A DNA stretch of 64,000 nucleotides from Felis catus (GCF_018350175.1 NC_058368.1:208942001-209006000), one strand, 5' to 3'. Shown: positions 25,293-39,500, numbered from the stretch's first letter. A program made the numbers and translations. The notes: a model not told the origin generated them from the letters alone.

Positions 25293-25502
25293 TTTTTTAA
25301 TGTTTTTATCTATTTTTGAGACAGAGAGAGACAGAGCATGTGCAGGGGAGGGGCAGAGAGAGAGGAAGACACAGAATCTGAAGCAGGCTCCAGGCTCTGA
25401 GCTGTCAGCACAGAGCCCGATGCAGGGCTCGAACTCACGCATCGTGAGATCATGACCTGAGCTGAAGTCGGACATTAACTGACTGAGCCACCCAAGTGCC
25501 CC
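25293..25502 (-). mobile_element. SINEC_Fc
   Basis: TSD taaaa(a/g)tgcattttt. Confidence 0.93.
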
Positions 25503-26505
25503 TAAAAGTGCATTTTTGCCCCAAAGTCAAAGTTAAGGTCCATTTAATGTGACTTTTAACTTAGCTCAATTACAATAATAGAATGTTTTCTCTTCTATAA
25601 ATGTAGACTTTGTTAGAAAAAAATGCCTTCACAATGAATAAAAATGATAGTATCAATATTTTTCTTACACTAAACATAGCATTATTTCAAAAAGCGAGAG
25701 TTCCAATTTCACTCACTTAAGAAATCAACCTGAAGCAAATATTCATTGGTTATTTTCTAGATCTGAGGCATTATGCCATGCCTGTAGGAAAAGATGCAAA
25801 AACACAATCCCCACCTTCATGAAGATTACACTCTAATTCACATTTCAAATGTTTTAATAACTTTTTTCCTTGTTATAAAACCTCTTAAATTTCCTTGTTC
25901 GTTATATTTGTTGATGATAGGGCTCTTTCAACTAAATCCACAAAAAAGGAAAACTAACCAAGCAGTTAACTGAAGTATCTTCATTAATTTTTTAATTTGA
26001 AAAAGAAGACAGAAGATAGAAGAAACAAATAGGAATTTACAACACTCTATAGGCCTTCAAGAAATCAGGGATTTCTGGCTGCTATTAATAACTAAAAGAT
26101 CTCACACACCTTATTTCTACATTGTAACAATAGGCTGATGGGGGAGAAAGAGACTGCCTTAAGGTAACCTGACAAAAGAAACTGTTTTAATTTGAAGTAA
26201 AAAAAAAAAAAAAAAGGTAACTCATTTATTAACAGAGTATCATTAAATATAAGCACAGGGGTGCACTGAACTATGCAGGGAATTTACATTCAAGCAGTGA
26301 GAAGAGGCACATAAATCATCACAGCATGGTGACAGTATAGTATAATTCCTGGCACATAGTAGGCACTTAAACATTTGTTGAATGAATGAATAAACATAAG
26401 TAAAATGAGAGCATAAAACAGTAATTTATATTAATGTGGGGGTGGCAGGTAACAGAACCCGGAAGGGGGACCTTGAGGATTGGTTTACAGAAGTAAAAGA
26501 GGCTT

Positions 26506-26745
26506 GGGCGCCTGGGTGGCTCAGTCCGTTGAGCGTCCGACTTGGCTCAGGTCATGATCTCACAGTTTGTGGGTTCGAGTCCCCGTGTTGGGCTCTGTGC
26601 TGACAGCTCAAAGGATGGAGCCTGCTTCGGATTCCGTGTCTCCCTATCTCTCTCTGCCTCTCTGCCCCTCCCCCACTAATCCTCTGTCTGTCTGTCTCTC
26701 TCTCAAAAACAAATAAGCATTTAAAAAATTTATTGAAAAAATAAA
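26506..26745 (+). mobile_element. SINEC_Fc
   Basis: TSD agaagtaaaagaggctt. Confidence 0.93.
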
Positions 26746-27467
26746 AGAAGTAAAAGAGGCTTTCGGCTCATAGGGGGCAGGGTGTTTGAAGGCAAGATGG
26801 TAGAAAATAGCAAGATATACTCAGGGCACACGTGGAAATGGTAGCTGATGATCAAGAGCCACCAAGGCAGGTAGTGTCCTCCTTTGTGCAGACAAGTGCA
26901 TTTTGGGAATGAATACAAATCGGTCTTTATTAAGAATACCAAGTTGAGTTTAAAAAAGCAAAAGCAAAAACAACTCTTCTGGGTGTTTAGCATTTACCTT
27001 TATCCTGGAAAACATTTACTTATCTGTAAAACTGTGCTATCTCTACAGGCTCAGAATATTCTATTAAACTCTCTTTTTCACCTAAGTTTTAATCGAAAAA
27101 TACTGAAGTTCTGCTATTTATCAATGTGTTAAGTTCTGAAAGCCTATCTATAAGTGCATTTGCTCCAAAAACCCTTCACACCATCCATAAGTGGCAGGCA
27201 CAGGTATGGGGATAAACTCTGGCCCACTGCTTGGGCTGGATACTACTTTAATATAAAGCAAAAAAAACATCTACCACTGACAGAGGGTAGGAAACTCTCT
27301 TACCTTCTGGCCCCTGCCCCATCTAGGTAAAGGTAAGATGTCAATGAAAGATGTCAGAGAAAGATGAAAAAAGGACTATGTGGTCTCACCCAAGACCCTC
27401 TACAGAAACAAAGCAGAGTTTGGTTGCCATGAAGGCAAGAAGCAGGAAACCTGCCTGGGCTCTAGAC

Positions 27468-27607
27468 CCACACTGTCTAACATGGTACCCATTTGCCTCA
27501 CATAGTTATTGAGATCATGAAACATGGCTTCTGTGATTAAGGAACTTCCTCTAAGTTTTATTTTAACATATTTAAATTTAAATAGCCACATGTATTGGAC
27601 AGTAGAG
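27468..27607. mobile_element. MER3-like hAT-Charlie fragment
   Basis: 'tttaaatttaaatagccacatgtattggacag' and 'cacatagttattgag..tgaaacatggct'. Confidence 0.75.
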
Positions 27608-27638
27608 GTCCAAATGCTCTAATTAAGAAGCAAAGATT

Positions 27639-27860
27639 GGGGGCGCCTGGGTGGCTCAGTCGGGTTGAGCGTCCAACTTCAGCTCAGGTCGTGATCTTGC
27701 GGTTCATGAGTTCGAGTCCTACCTCGGGCTCTGGGCTGCCAGCTCAGAGCCTGGAGCCTGCTTCGGATTCTGTGTCTCCTTCTCTGTCTGCCCACCCCCC
27801 CCCCCACTTGTGCTCTCTCTCTGTCTCTCAAAAATAAATAAAGTGTAAAAAAAAAAAAAA
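27639..27860 (+). mobile_element. SINEC_Fc
   Basis: TSD aagcaaag(a/g)ttg. Confidence 0.92.
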
Positions 27861-28419
27861 AAGCAAAGGTTGTTACATGGGATAAAAAAGCAAGACTCAG
27901 CTATGTACATCTGTAAGAAATCCACTTTAGCTTAATTTAAAAGAAAAAGAATAGAAAAAGATACACTGGGCAAATGCAAATCAAAAGAAACCTGGGGTAG
28001 CTATATATATCACTATAAGATAAAATAAATGTTCTAAAGAATAAGAAATGCCACCAGAAATAGAGATAGGTTACATAATGATTAAGGTGTCAATTCAGCA
28101 AGAAAACATAATTCTAAATGTGCATGCACCCCATAAAAGACCCTTAAAATACATAAAGAAAGAAAAACAAGAATTAAAAGGAGAAACAGCCATATCCATA
28201 ATTACAGTTGCAGATTTCAACATTTCTCCCTCAGCAATTGATAAAATAGGTAGACATAAAATCAGTAAAGTGACATAATCAATACTGTCAAAACTTGACT
28301 TAATTAGATTTATAGGACACTCCTTCCTAGAACAGCAGAACACACATTCTTTTCAAACTGTACATGGAATAGTTATAGAGACAGATTATATTCTGGACCA
28401 AAAAACATACCACTATAAA

Positions 28420-28636
28420 TTTTTTTTTAATTTTTTTTTTAACGTTTATTTATTTTTGAGACAGAGAGAGACAGAGCATGAACGGGGGAGGGGCAGAAAG
28501 AGAGGGAGACAGAATCGGAAGCAGGCTCCAGGCTCTGAGCCATCAGCGCAGAGCCCGACGCGGGGCTCGAACTCACAGACCGCGAGATCACCGGCTGAAG
28601 TCGGATGCTCAACTGACTGAGCCACCCAGGCGCCCC
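28420..28636 (-). mobile_element. Young SINEC_Fc
   Basis: CpG-rich full-length reverse copy. Confidence 0.93.
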
Positions 28637-28693
28637 TAAATTCTAAAGTATTGAAATCATACATAAAAACATCAAACTTTTGGGGACACAAAT

Positions 28694-29087
28694 TGTCATA
28701 GACTCAATGTTTGTATCCCCTCAAACTTCATATGTTGAAATCTTAACCCAAATGTGATGGTATTTTGAGGTGGGCTTTTGGGAAGTAATTAGGTTCAGGT
28801 GAGGTCATGAGGGGTAGGCCCCCACAATAGGATTAGTGTCCTTATAAGAAGAGGAAAAGAGATCTGCTCAATAGCCATAGCTCCCACCCCTCCTCCCTTC
28901 CCTTACACAAGAGGACATGGCAGTGAGAGGGCTGTCATCTGCAAACTAGGAATAAGGCTTTCAGTAGGAACCGAATATGCCGGCACCTTGATCCTAGACT
29001 TTCCAGTATAAAGAACAGTGAGAAATAAATGTCATTTAAGTCACCAAGTCTATGGTATTTTGTTATGGCAGCCTGAGCTAAGAAACA
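28694..29087 (+). mobile_element. MaLR solo LTR (MLT1A/B-like)
   Basis: 'aatgtttgtatcccctcaaacttcatatgttgaaatc...ggcaccttgatcctagacttt...tatggtattttgttatggcagcctgagc'. Confidence 0.85.
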
Positions 29088-29187
29088 AAGGCTTAGAGGG
29101 GAAATTTAGAGTTTAAGTATATATTAAAAAAGAAAAGAGGTCTCATGTAAAAGTCCTAAGCTTTCACTTTAAAAAATTAGAAAGAAC

Positions 29188-29410
29188 AGGGGCACCTGGG
29201 TGGCTCAGTCAGCTGGGCGGCCCACTTCAGCTCAGGTCACGATCTCGCAGTCTGTGGGTTCAAGCTCTGCGTCAGGCTCTGTGCTGGCAGCTCAGAGCCT
29301 GGAGCCTGCATCTGATTCTGTGTCTCCCTCTCTCTCTGCCCCTCCCCTGCTTGCTCTCTGTCTCTCTGCCTCTCTCTCTCAAATAATAAACATTAAAAAA
29401 ATTTTTTTTA
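29188..29410 (+). mobile_element. SINEC_Fc
   Basis: TSD aattagaaagaaca. Confidence 0.93.
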
Positions 29411-29519
29411 ATTAGAAAGAACAAATAAAAAGAAAATACTAAAGAGCAGAAATCAATAAAACAGAAAGCAAAAATAGAGAAAAAAATCAATAATTAGAAA
29501 TCAAAATAAAAACCATTTA

Positions 29520-31163
29520 TAAGATGGTACAAAAACAGACACTCAGATCAATGGAACAGAATAGAGAACCCAGAAATGGATCCACAAACGTATGGCCAAC
29601 TAATCTTTGACAAAGCAGGAAAGAATATCCAATGGAATAAAGACAGTCTCTTCAGCAAGTGGTGCTGGGAAAACTGGACAGCGACATGCAGAAGAATGAA
29701 CCTGGACCACTTTCTTACACCATACACAAAAATAAACTCAAAATGGATGAAAGACCTCAATATAAGACAGGAAGCCATCAAAATCCTTGAAGAGAAAGCA
29801 GGCAAAAACCTCCTTGACCTTGTCCACAGTAACTTCTTAATTTTTTTTTCAATTTTTTTTTTTTTATTTATTTTTGGGACAGAGAGAGACAGAGCATGAA
29901 CGGGGGAGGGGCAGAGAGAGAGGGAGACACAGAATCGGAAACAGGCTCCAGGCTCCGAGCCATCAGCCCAGAGCCTGACGCGGGGCTCGAACTCAGGGAC
30001 CGCGAGATCGTGACCTGGCTGAAGTCGGACGCTTAACTGACTGCGCCACCCAGGCGCCCCTACCACAGTAACTTCTTACTCAACACATCTCTGGAGGCAA
30101 GGGAAACAAAAGCAAAAATGAACTACTGGGACCTCATCAAAATAAAAAGCTTCTGCACAGCAAACAATCAGCAAAACTAAAAGGCAACCGACGGAATCAG
30201 AGAAGATATTGCAAACAACATATCAGATAAAGGGTTAGTGTCCAAAATCTATAAAGAACTTACCAAACTCAACACCCAAAAAACAAATAATCCAGTGAAG
30301 AAATGGGCAAAAGACATGAATAGACACTTCTCCAAAGAAGATATCCAGATGGCCAACAGACACATGAAAAAATGCTCAACATCACTCATCATCAGGGAAA
30401 TACAAATCAAAACCACAATGAGATACCACCTCACACCTGTCAGGATGGCTAACATTAACAACTCAGGCAACAACAGATGTTGGTGAGGATGCGGAGAAAG
30501 AGGATCTCTTTTGCATTGCTGGTGGGAATGCAAACTGGTGCAGCTACTCTGGAAAAGAGTATGGAAGTTCCTCAAAAAACTAAAAATAGAACTACCCTAC
30601 AACCCAGCAATTGCACTATGAGGTATTTATCCAAGAGATGCAGGTATGCTGTTTTGAAAGGGCACATGCACCCCAATGTTTGTAGAATCACTATTAACAA
30701 TAGCCAAAGTATGGAAAGAGCCCAAATGTCCATTGATGGATGAATGAATAAAGAAGATGTGGTATAAATATACAATGGAGTATTACTTGGCAATCAAAAA
30801 GAATGAACTCTTGCCATTTGCAACTACGTGGATGGAACTGGAGGGTATTATGCTAAGTGAAATTAGTCAGTCAGAGAAAGACAAATTTCATATGACTTCA
30901 TCATATGAGGACTTTAAGACACAGAAAAGATGAACATAAGGGAAGGGAAGCAGAAATAATATAAAAACAGGGAGGGGGGCAAAACATAAGACACTCTTAA
31001 ATATGGAGAACAAACAGAGGGTTACTGGAGGGGTTGTGGGAGGTGGGATGGGCTAAATGGGTAAGAGGCATTAAGGAATCTACTCCTGAAATCGTTGTAC
31101 TACATGCCAACTAATTTGGATGTAAATTTAAAAAATAAAATCAATTTAAAAAATTAAAAAAAG
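29520..31163 (+). mobile_element. 5'-truncated carnivore L1 (ORF2 C-terminus, 3'UTR, A-tail), disabled
   Basis: [30 protein letters not shown]...[29 protein letters not shown]; frameshifts, stops and a SINE insertion. Confidence 0.95.
29839..30060 (-). mobile_element. Young SINEC_Fc inserted in L1 ORF2
   Basis: TSD ccacagtaacttctt at 29824-29838 and 30063-30077. Confidence 0.95.
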
Positions 31164-31758
31164 AAATATATATTCAGAGATCTGTGAACAACTCTCCAAA
31201 AATAAAATTACAAAAAAAACCCACCCCATTTATAAGAGTATCAAAAAACATGAAATTCAAATAGAAATCTACATCCAACGATGACTTCTATGGTTAACAA
31301 AACAGAGATTAATCAAAACACAAATGTCAAGGTTACTGAGTAATTGTATTAGGTCACAAACAGCTAAGAAGTATTAATAATTTGTTTTCTAACTACAGAA
31401 GCATTTAGTTTACAATCTAAATAATCTATCTATATATATTTACCTTAAAATATATGTTACTGAGGATTTAGAACATAATTTTTTCCCCTCAAGAAATTAA
31501 AATAATAATCTACTTCTAAGTCATTTTCTAAGAACTGGCTGAAGGGAAAATGATGAAATGAAATGTGTACAGATCATTAAGACTCCTCTTATTGACATTA
31601 AAATATGATTAGTATCAAAGAGAATCTTCTAGTATAGAGATCAGGAATCAATTAGCCCAAATGCAGAGTGTCTAGTCCTCTTCTTCAGTCTCTTAAGTAA
31701 ATGGTCTTCTAGCAAAAATGGAAAGACAAAAAAATGAAACTAAAATATCAAATGTTTA

Positions 31759-31983
31759 GGGGCGCCTGGGTGGCTCAGTCGGTTAAGCAGCCGACTTCGG
31801 TTCAAGTCATGATCTCACGGTCTGTGAGTTCAAGCCCCGCGTCGGGCTCTGTGCTGACAGCTCAGAGCCTGGAGCCTGCTTCTGTTTCTATGTCTCCCTC
31901 TCTCTCTCTGTCCCTCCCCCATTCACGCTCTGCCTCTGTCTGCCTTTCAAAAATGAATGTTAAAAAAAAAAAATTAAAAAAAA
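31759..31983 (+). mobile_element. SINEC_Fc
   Basis: TSD aaaa(t/c)atcaaatgttta. Confidence 0.93.
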
Positions 31984-33234
31984 ACATCAAATGTTTAATT
32001 TTGCCTTAAAACAAAAAAATATGACTGGCAAATAGTTGGGACAGAACAAGTTGCTAGCCTGTCACTCTTGTCAAAACCCTGGATTTGGAGCTATTTGTGG
32101 ATTTCTGTTTTACTCATTAACTCATTCACCAGTTCATCCAATCTCTAAACATTTACAGAGTACCTAAGCACTTGTGAAGCTGGGGCTACAGGCATGCCGC
32201 TGTTTAGGGAACTCGTAGTGGAGTGTGGGAGCAGAGCTCTAAGGGGTCTCATACAGGCAGACAGAGAGGAGCAAGTAACAAATTGTGTCTAAGGGCAGGA
32301 ATGCTTTGACAGAAGTAACGACGTTTACGGACAGTTCTGAACAATAACTAAGAGGTCATCAGCCAGAGAAAAAGGCAAGGTAGATAGCAGGTAGATGGAA
32401 CATTATTTTCTAAGGCAAAGAGTGGGAGATGGCATGGTATGTTTAGAGATGACAAGCAATTGTAGCCTAATATTCATGCTGCCCTTTCTTACCATCACAG
32501 AGGATTAGAGAGTTGGTTCTATTTGAATTTCCACTGGCAAGGTATCATCTGTGAATATATAGATCTTATTTAACTAGCATGTTCAATATTTTATGGGGAA
32601 ATAAGGACATATGTATCTAAGTATTTCCCATTTTCACTGTAAAACACAGATAGTATGGGAGTATTAATCTATAACTACATTAATAGAGACTCTTACCTAT
32701 GTTTAATTAAAAACAATGCATCACCTAAACAATAAAACGTTAACAAATTTAGGCTTCCTGTCATTTCTTTACATGGTTTTAGTCCTAATTCTTCTTCGAA
32801 AAGTTATCACTTGGGTATAAACATATTAATTATATGAGAAGTCAGTGTGTGACACAGTTAAGGTGTGTGTGCCACGGTATATGTGAGAGGGAGTGTCAGA
32901 GTGAAAATGGGCAGTAATTTATAAAGAAAATAAAACAAAGTATTGTTCTTTAAATTTGGGTTTGAAGACACCATGGTTTCAATGGAAGACAAACCAGACA
33001 GTTGCTGTTCCTCCATATCCACACTCAATTGGCTCCTCAACTCATATGATCAATTACGGAGTTTCTATTGTCCTAAGCCCCCTGGGGAGTAAGATAACTA
33101 TGACAGGGTCCTGGAGCCCCCAAGGCCTCCCAATCTTGCAAGGAGACAAAAAATGTATACAACTACGGATAACAAAGAATGAAACCACTTTTATGGTTTC
33201 AAGATATAATAATCACTATAAAATACCTTTAAAT

Positions 33235-33260
33235 GTTTTTTATTTTTAAAGCTTATTTAT

Positions 33261-33295
<35 letters not shown>

Positions 33296-33446
33296 ACAAG
33301 CAGGGGAGTGGCAGACAGAGGGAGAGAATCCCAAACAGGTTCAGCGCAGAGCCTGACGTGGAGCTCCATCTCAGGAACCGTGAGATCATGACCTGAGCTG
33401 GAATCAAGAGTCAGACACTTAACCAACTGAGCCACCCAGGCATCCC
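33235..33446 (-). mobile_element. CAN-SINE with expanded (GA)n
   Basis: Reverse head; (GA)~14 at 33264-33292. Confidence 0.9.
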
Positions 33447-34779
33447 TAAAATACCATTTATTATAGCACTCGCTATGTGCCATTCGCAGGGTAAGCTCTT
33501 CACTTATTTTATTTAATCTTCATAAAACCCCCCATTTTACAGATGAGGAAACAGGTTATATATTTAATTAGAGCCAGGATTTAAATCTACAAAGTCTGAC
33601 TCTAGAGCTTGACCTCTTATCAATTCCTGATATAAAGTATTTTGGGAAAGTAAAGAAAGGGACAACTATTCCTCTCTGGCATACTGGTTAAGGTTTCACA
33701 GACAGATACATTTGAACTGGGCCTTGATGGGAGAGTGGTTTTCCGTGGCCACAGGAAGTGGGGAGGAAATACTAAGGCTAAGGAAAGGGCCTAGTCAAGG
33801 GTATGGAGCAGGTTTAAAAGTACATGGCATGTTCCGGAAACACTGTCCAGTTAGAATACAAAAATGTAGATGGTAAGGCAGAGAAGACATACTGGGTTCA
33901 GATTATCAAGGGCCTTAAGGACGGGGTACAATTTGCACATCTTACCAGATGGCCCTGTTGCAATGGCCCAGGTTACGGGATTTAGACTCCAGTAAATATC
34001 TTGTCCCCAGGACCACCAGGCTGATTCTCAGCCTTTCTCACTATTATGCCAACTATAGTGCCAGAATTGCCAAATCAGTTCAAGAAATGAAGTAGGAGAA
34101 GGATCTACCCAGAGATAAAAAGACTTTCTCTTTCCCCTTTCAAAGCTAAAGATAAATAGCCAGTTAACTTCTTTAACACTTTGCCCCTATAAAAACAAAG
34201 CACATTCTGCTGATTGATGTTCTGAAAGCCCTCAAGGAACTTGTTGAAGGAAGGGAACTTCTGTTTCAGGATAGTATAAAAAAAGAGTGGGTGGTTGACT
34301 AGTGGAGGGAGTTACAAAGGACAGTGTATTTTGCTCCTCAAAATAAGGAGCAAAGCATAAGAGAATTATGTGAGAGAACAAATTACGTGTGTGGTTTTGT
34401 CCCTACATGTCTGCTCTCCTCTCCTTAATTACTGCCCAAGAGCTCATGAATGCACTTCAGTAGCTTCAGTTACCCACCATGCAAATAATGCCCAAATTTC
34501 AATCTCACTCTGTTCTGTAACTTTCTCTCAAGCAAAGTCTTTTATGTGTAATGATACTGGATATTTCCATTTAGATGTATTATTATCTCCTCCAATCAAT
34601 ATTCCTAAAACTGAACTCATACACTTTTACTCCAAAGCTGCTCCCAGTCTTGACTTTTTTATTTTAATCAACCTTCTATACTTTTTTCAGTCACTAAACC
34701 TCATCTTTGATCCTTACCAAGTATCCCTTGATATAATACATTTCTCACACCCAATGCCATATCTCACATCCAATGCCTT

Positions 34780-34986
34780 TTAATTTTTTTTAAGTTTTTT
34801 TTATTCTGAGATAGAGTGAGCATGAGCAGGGGAGGGTCAGACAGAGGGAGAGAGAGAACCTGAAGCAGGTTCTGTGCACAGTCACTATGGAGCCCGATAT
34901 GGGGCTTGACCTCACAAACCACAAGATCATGACGTGAGCCATAATTAACAGTGCCCTTTAACTGATTGAGCTACTCAGGTGCTCCC
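34780..34986 (-). mobile_element. Diverged CAN-SINE
   Basis: Poly-T, 'ggggcttgacctcacaaaccacaagatcatgac'. Confidence 0.85.
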
Positions 34987-35022
34987 TTTTAGTAAACACT
35001 ACAATGGCTGACACCTCCTAAG

Positions 35023-35569
35023 GTTCCCAATAAATAGTGACAATGATATAATATTGATAATACAGATATATTATATATATTACTAATATATAGTCATTTA
35101 ATACATATTATATATATTAAATTATATCTTATTGTTGTATATTAATTTACATTATATATTATATATTATGAAATAATATTATATATTATTATATTTATAT
35201 TATATTTATTTATAATTTATTATATATAAATATAATAATATATTATATTTATTTATATTATTATATATTATATAATATTATGTCATGATATATAATATAT
35301 TAATATATAATAATATAACATAATATATATAATACTGATAATATAATATCAGGCTAAGTGTTCCAATAAATAGTGACAATGATATAATATTGATAATATT
35401 GATATATATGTCATTAATATATATTATACTTTAATATATATTATATAATTATAATTTTATATTATATATAATCTTATATATTAATTTATAATATATATTA
35501 TAATAAATTATATAATATATATCATAAATTAATATATATAATACTGATAATATAATATCAGGCTAAATG
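35023..35569. repeat. AT-rich low-complexity tandem duplication
   Basis: Two units share start (caataaatagtgacaatgatataatattgataata) and end (ataatactgataatataatatcaggctaa). Confidence 0.85.
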
Positions 35570-35932
35570 TATACTGACTTTACAGTTCACAAAGCACTTT
35601 TATGTGTACTATCACATTTCTTGATCATAACAACCCAGTGAGACAATTAAGAAAGCTATTTTTATTGTATCCACTATCCAGATGTGAAAAACACACAGGA
35701 TCAGAAAGGTTAATGAACCTGCTCAAGATCACAAGTCCCACCTCCCATCATGCTCTCATGCTTCATTCCAATTATTGTAACTCAAATTAAGAAAGGATCT
35801 TTTTCTCATCCCCAAATTATTTGTTTTAATAAAACATCTTGTTCGTCATGTTACTTCCCTATGTGCAGACCTTTAGAAATTGACATTGAAAAATAAGAAA
35901 GAAGTAGGTAAATAGGTAAGAAAGTAAATACG

Positions 35933-35982
35933 TGAATGAATGAGTGTATGAATGAATGAATGAATGAATGAATGAATGAATG
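35933..35982. repeat. (TGAA)n microsatellite (probable L2 tail)
   Basis: Direct reading. Confidence 0.85.
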
Positions 35983-36377
35983 TCTAAAACTAAGCATGGT
36001 TTTCCCTGATCTGGACCCAACCTAGCTTCCTGGTCTTACTTCCTACTGCCCCTGATGACAAACCTTTGTTCCAGATAAACTCAAATTGTCACTATCACTT
36101 AGCAAGACTTCCATTCTCTACTTTACATTGTTGCATAAGCTGTTCTTTACCTAGAGACCCTGTCTCTCTCCTCTCTGGCTACCCTGCAGTTAACCTGGAT
36201 GTCTTAATCCAGGTACCATTTGCTACGTGAGCTTTTCTAATATACACGCAAGAACTCTTTTTAAAATACCTTTTTAAAAGTTTGATTTAATTTGTATAAA
36301 GTTGGGTACAAGAATGTGTTTTAGGGAGCTTATCACTGAAAATTCAGAGTTTAGTTTTATATCATATCTAAGTGACT

Positions 36378-36599
36378 TTTTTTTTTAATTTTTAAGCTTT
36401 TTATTTATTTAGTTTTGAGAGAGAGAGCACGCACAAGTTGGGGAGGGGCAGAGAGAAAGAGGGAGACACAGAATCCGAAACAGGCTCCAAGCTCTGAGAT
36501 GTCAGCACAGAGCCCAACATGGGGTTGGAACCCACAAACCGTGAGATCATGACCCAAGCCAGAGATGGATGCTTAACAGATTGACCCACCAGGCACACC
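36378..36599 (-). mobile_element. SINEC_Fc
   Basis: Reverse copy; TSD tcatatctaa(g/a)tga. Confidence 0.92.
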
Positions 36600-39500
36600 T
36601 CATATCTAAATGATTTCTAAAGATCATTTCAAAAATCATTTAGAGGCTACTGACAATGTTAATAATGAAAAACAAATCAATGTCTTAAAAATAAAATTCA
36701 ATAGGATCAATGAAATTTAGAAGTGATAAAAATTAAAAATGGCAGAGAAAATTCTTGCTCCAAATTACCATTTTTATATATGAAATAAAATCGTCATATT
36801 TGAAAACTCCAATTACTTTTCCTTTCATAACGAAGACACATGCATTTTAGCTATAATTCAAAACCCATGAATAATGAACTACAAAGAAGTAGGAAGTACT
36901 CGACTCTACAGTGTTGCTTTGATCAAAGCCAAAGAAATATATCAAATATATCTTTTCCATAAACTCTAGACAACAAATAATGGGTAAAGAGTACCAAACA
37001 TGTTTGTTATTTTATTTTTTAGTTTGTTTGTTTTGTAGTTACTTCTGACAGAAGAATAGCTGTCTTCCTCTAGAAAATATTTTTTTTTCCAAAAGTTATT
37101 AACTAGTTGAAATCGGTATTGGCTGTGGTTTCTAAATTATGGCATCACACTCTAAAGTGGAGTGGCTTCATAAATTTAGATAAAAACAGAAGGAAATTCA
37201 GCATGCCTGAGAGACATGGTCTTTTGGGAATAGAACCCAAGGGTTCTTCATACACAGCAGAAATTTTCAACACCTTAGTCAAGCAAGGAAAGGAAGAAAA
37301 GATACTGAAGAATAGTATTTATTAGGTACATCCTCTCAAAATAAATATTTTTCATTTGATCTTTCTTACATGTACTTTTTCTTATATATAGCTTTTTTTT
37401 ATATTGGGGAAGTTTCTTGATAGGGAGAAAATTGGAACATTAATTTCTCTCAATAAAATAACTTTTTAAAAATATGTTTGTAATTTCCCTTTTATATTCA
37501 TTTCAGTCTGTCAATATTTATTGAGTGCCTCCTGCGACTAAGGCAGTCAATGCTAAAATATAATACTTCATAAGAAAACTATTGGTGTTTGGCATTTCAT
37601 GTCACACAGGGAATATGAGGACATTTGGATACAATTGATGTAGGACAGTGTAAATGAGAAAAAATGTCTAGAAAAGATCAAGAGTATCACAAGACACAGC
37701 ACAGAATAAAAGACATTAGTTTTATTCTACTGATCAGCAATGTTTTTAAATAAATTTCAGTTTTTTCTAAATTTTTTTTTAACATGGGATATAGTTTAGT
37801 AAGGCTGGAAATATCAGGTAATCAAAAAGCAGTGCTATTGTTTTTCTTTTAGAAAACTATAAGCTACACAGAAGAGCAAACAGCAGCTCTGGTTTCAGAC
37901 CCCATGAAAAATTTTACAAAGTTCAAGCAGGCAGCCTTTTGCTCGATGTATCTGGTAAATAGTCTGTATGTTATCACGATAGTCACACATTATATAAAAT
38001 TCATTGGTAAACACCCCACCTATTTCACAATCTTTTCTGAAATTGTTCAGGAGCAACAACCACAGAAACGAAGCTCTAGTCTTTCTATAAGGAATGCTAG
38101 AAAGGAAATTATTTCTCATGTTGTCTTTTCAACTGGGTAAAGGTTAAAATATTTTAGAAAATCTAAAAATTATTTCCCCAAATGCCCAAGGAAATCATAA
38201 AAAATTGAAGCCTTACAATGTTGTTAAAAGTATAATGTTCATTTCCTGAAGAACAGTTTTACTTCTTATCTAAACCTACATTTCGTAGATGGAAGAACTA
38301 TCATTACAGGTTCAAAATACTTCTGAGTTTACTAATTAATTAACAAACAAGATTTCATTCTCTTTAGGAAAACATATCACTTACTACTCACCAAAAAACA
38401 AACAAAACATTAAAAAGGCTTATGTATAATTCTAGTCAGTTTTGAATTGTTTTCATACTTTGAAATGGATCATAATCTTATGAAGATAATGGACTGAGCT
38501 ATACTACTTATGCAAAAATATTAGTTGAACTGAGGATGCTGGGTCATTTTCTCTATTTATGAACATGTGACAAAATTAGAAGCTGGCATAAGAAACTGAA
38601 GACAAAATAACAGCTACAGGATTGCTTTCTATTGATCTCTCTCTTAATGCTCTTCCTTTTCCTATGTCACTCTTTCTTTGTATTACTTAGATAAGCGGGA
38701 AATGCCTTTTCACTGAGTCCTTTGTGAGTCAGTATAAAATGCATTTTCACTGTGTATTCCTAGGCATTGTGCCTCCAACAAGATTCTCTTTTCTGATTCT
38801 AATTATACTTCCCCACTTCCTGGTTGTCATGAATACCTAGTACATGTCTTACCTGGACAGTTTCATGCTAGAAATTTTCTCTTTTGGATCATCTTAAATG
38901 GGACCCCTTAAATACTGATATAGGATTATAATCTATATGCTCATTTTCAACAGTCTCCAGGCTCCTATTTTAAATCATGCAACAAAGATCAAAATTATAA
39001 TGTCAAATATAAATAATAATCATAAGACAAAGAATAAAATTCTTATTTTCTAAATGTAAAGAATTAATAATTATTATTTTCTGTAACAAAACAAGAACGA
39101 AATGGAGGAGGAAAGAAAAGACAACGGTACTAAGAATTTGGGAGGAAAAATGAGAGTTAGTATAGAGAAGAACAGAAGAGTAGGTTGAGTAATACTGGGG
39201 GGAGGGGGTAATAATGGACCAGAAAACTAAAATAATGAAATAAATGATCACCACTCACCTGATCTTGAAACAAATACCTCCTAACTCTACATAACTGTAG
39301 GCAGTTCATACAAATAAAGAACTCACTACTCTAAAAGTACACAGGTACCAAACTTTTAGCAAACATGCTTTCAAAACTCTAATAGGTATATTTAAATCAA
39401 ATATTATATTAAGAGTTACCAGATCTAGAACATTTAAAGTAACCTTTAATTACACCTCTGCCTCCATCAACCTTCTCTGGCCATAGAATAGGCTTTTCTA

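Larger units (their letters stand above)
27863..29515 (+). mobile_element. Old L1 ORF2 (endonuclease region) remnant, interrupted by two SINEs and an MLT1
   Basis: ORF 28048-28278 reads YIMIKVSIQQE-NIILNVHAP...IITVADFNISPSAIDK, resembling the L1 EN GDFNTPLS motif. LRGKF-like sequence near 29093. Confidence 0.82.

Noticed and set aside
29548..30066. 172-aa ORF, the longest in the track
   Set aside because: It is a SINE read-through into antisense L1 ORF2, not a gene.
34370..34783. 137-aa ORF
   Set aside because: Non-ATG start, no recognisable domain, overlaps degenerate L2-like sequence.
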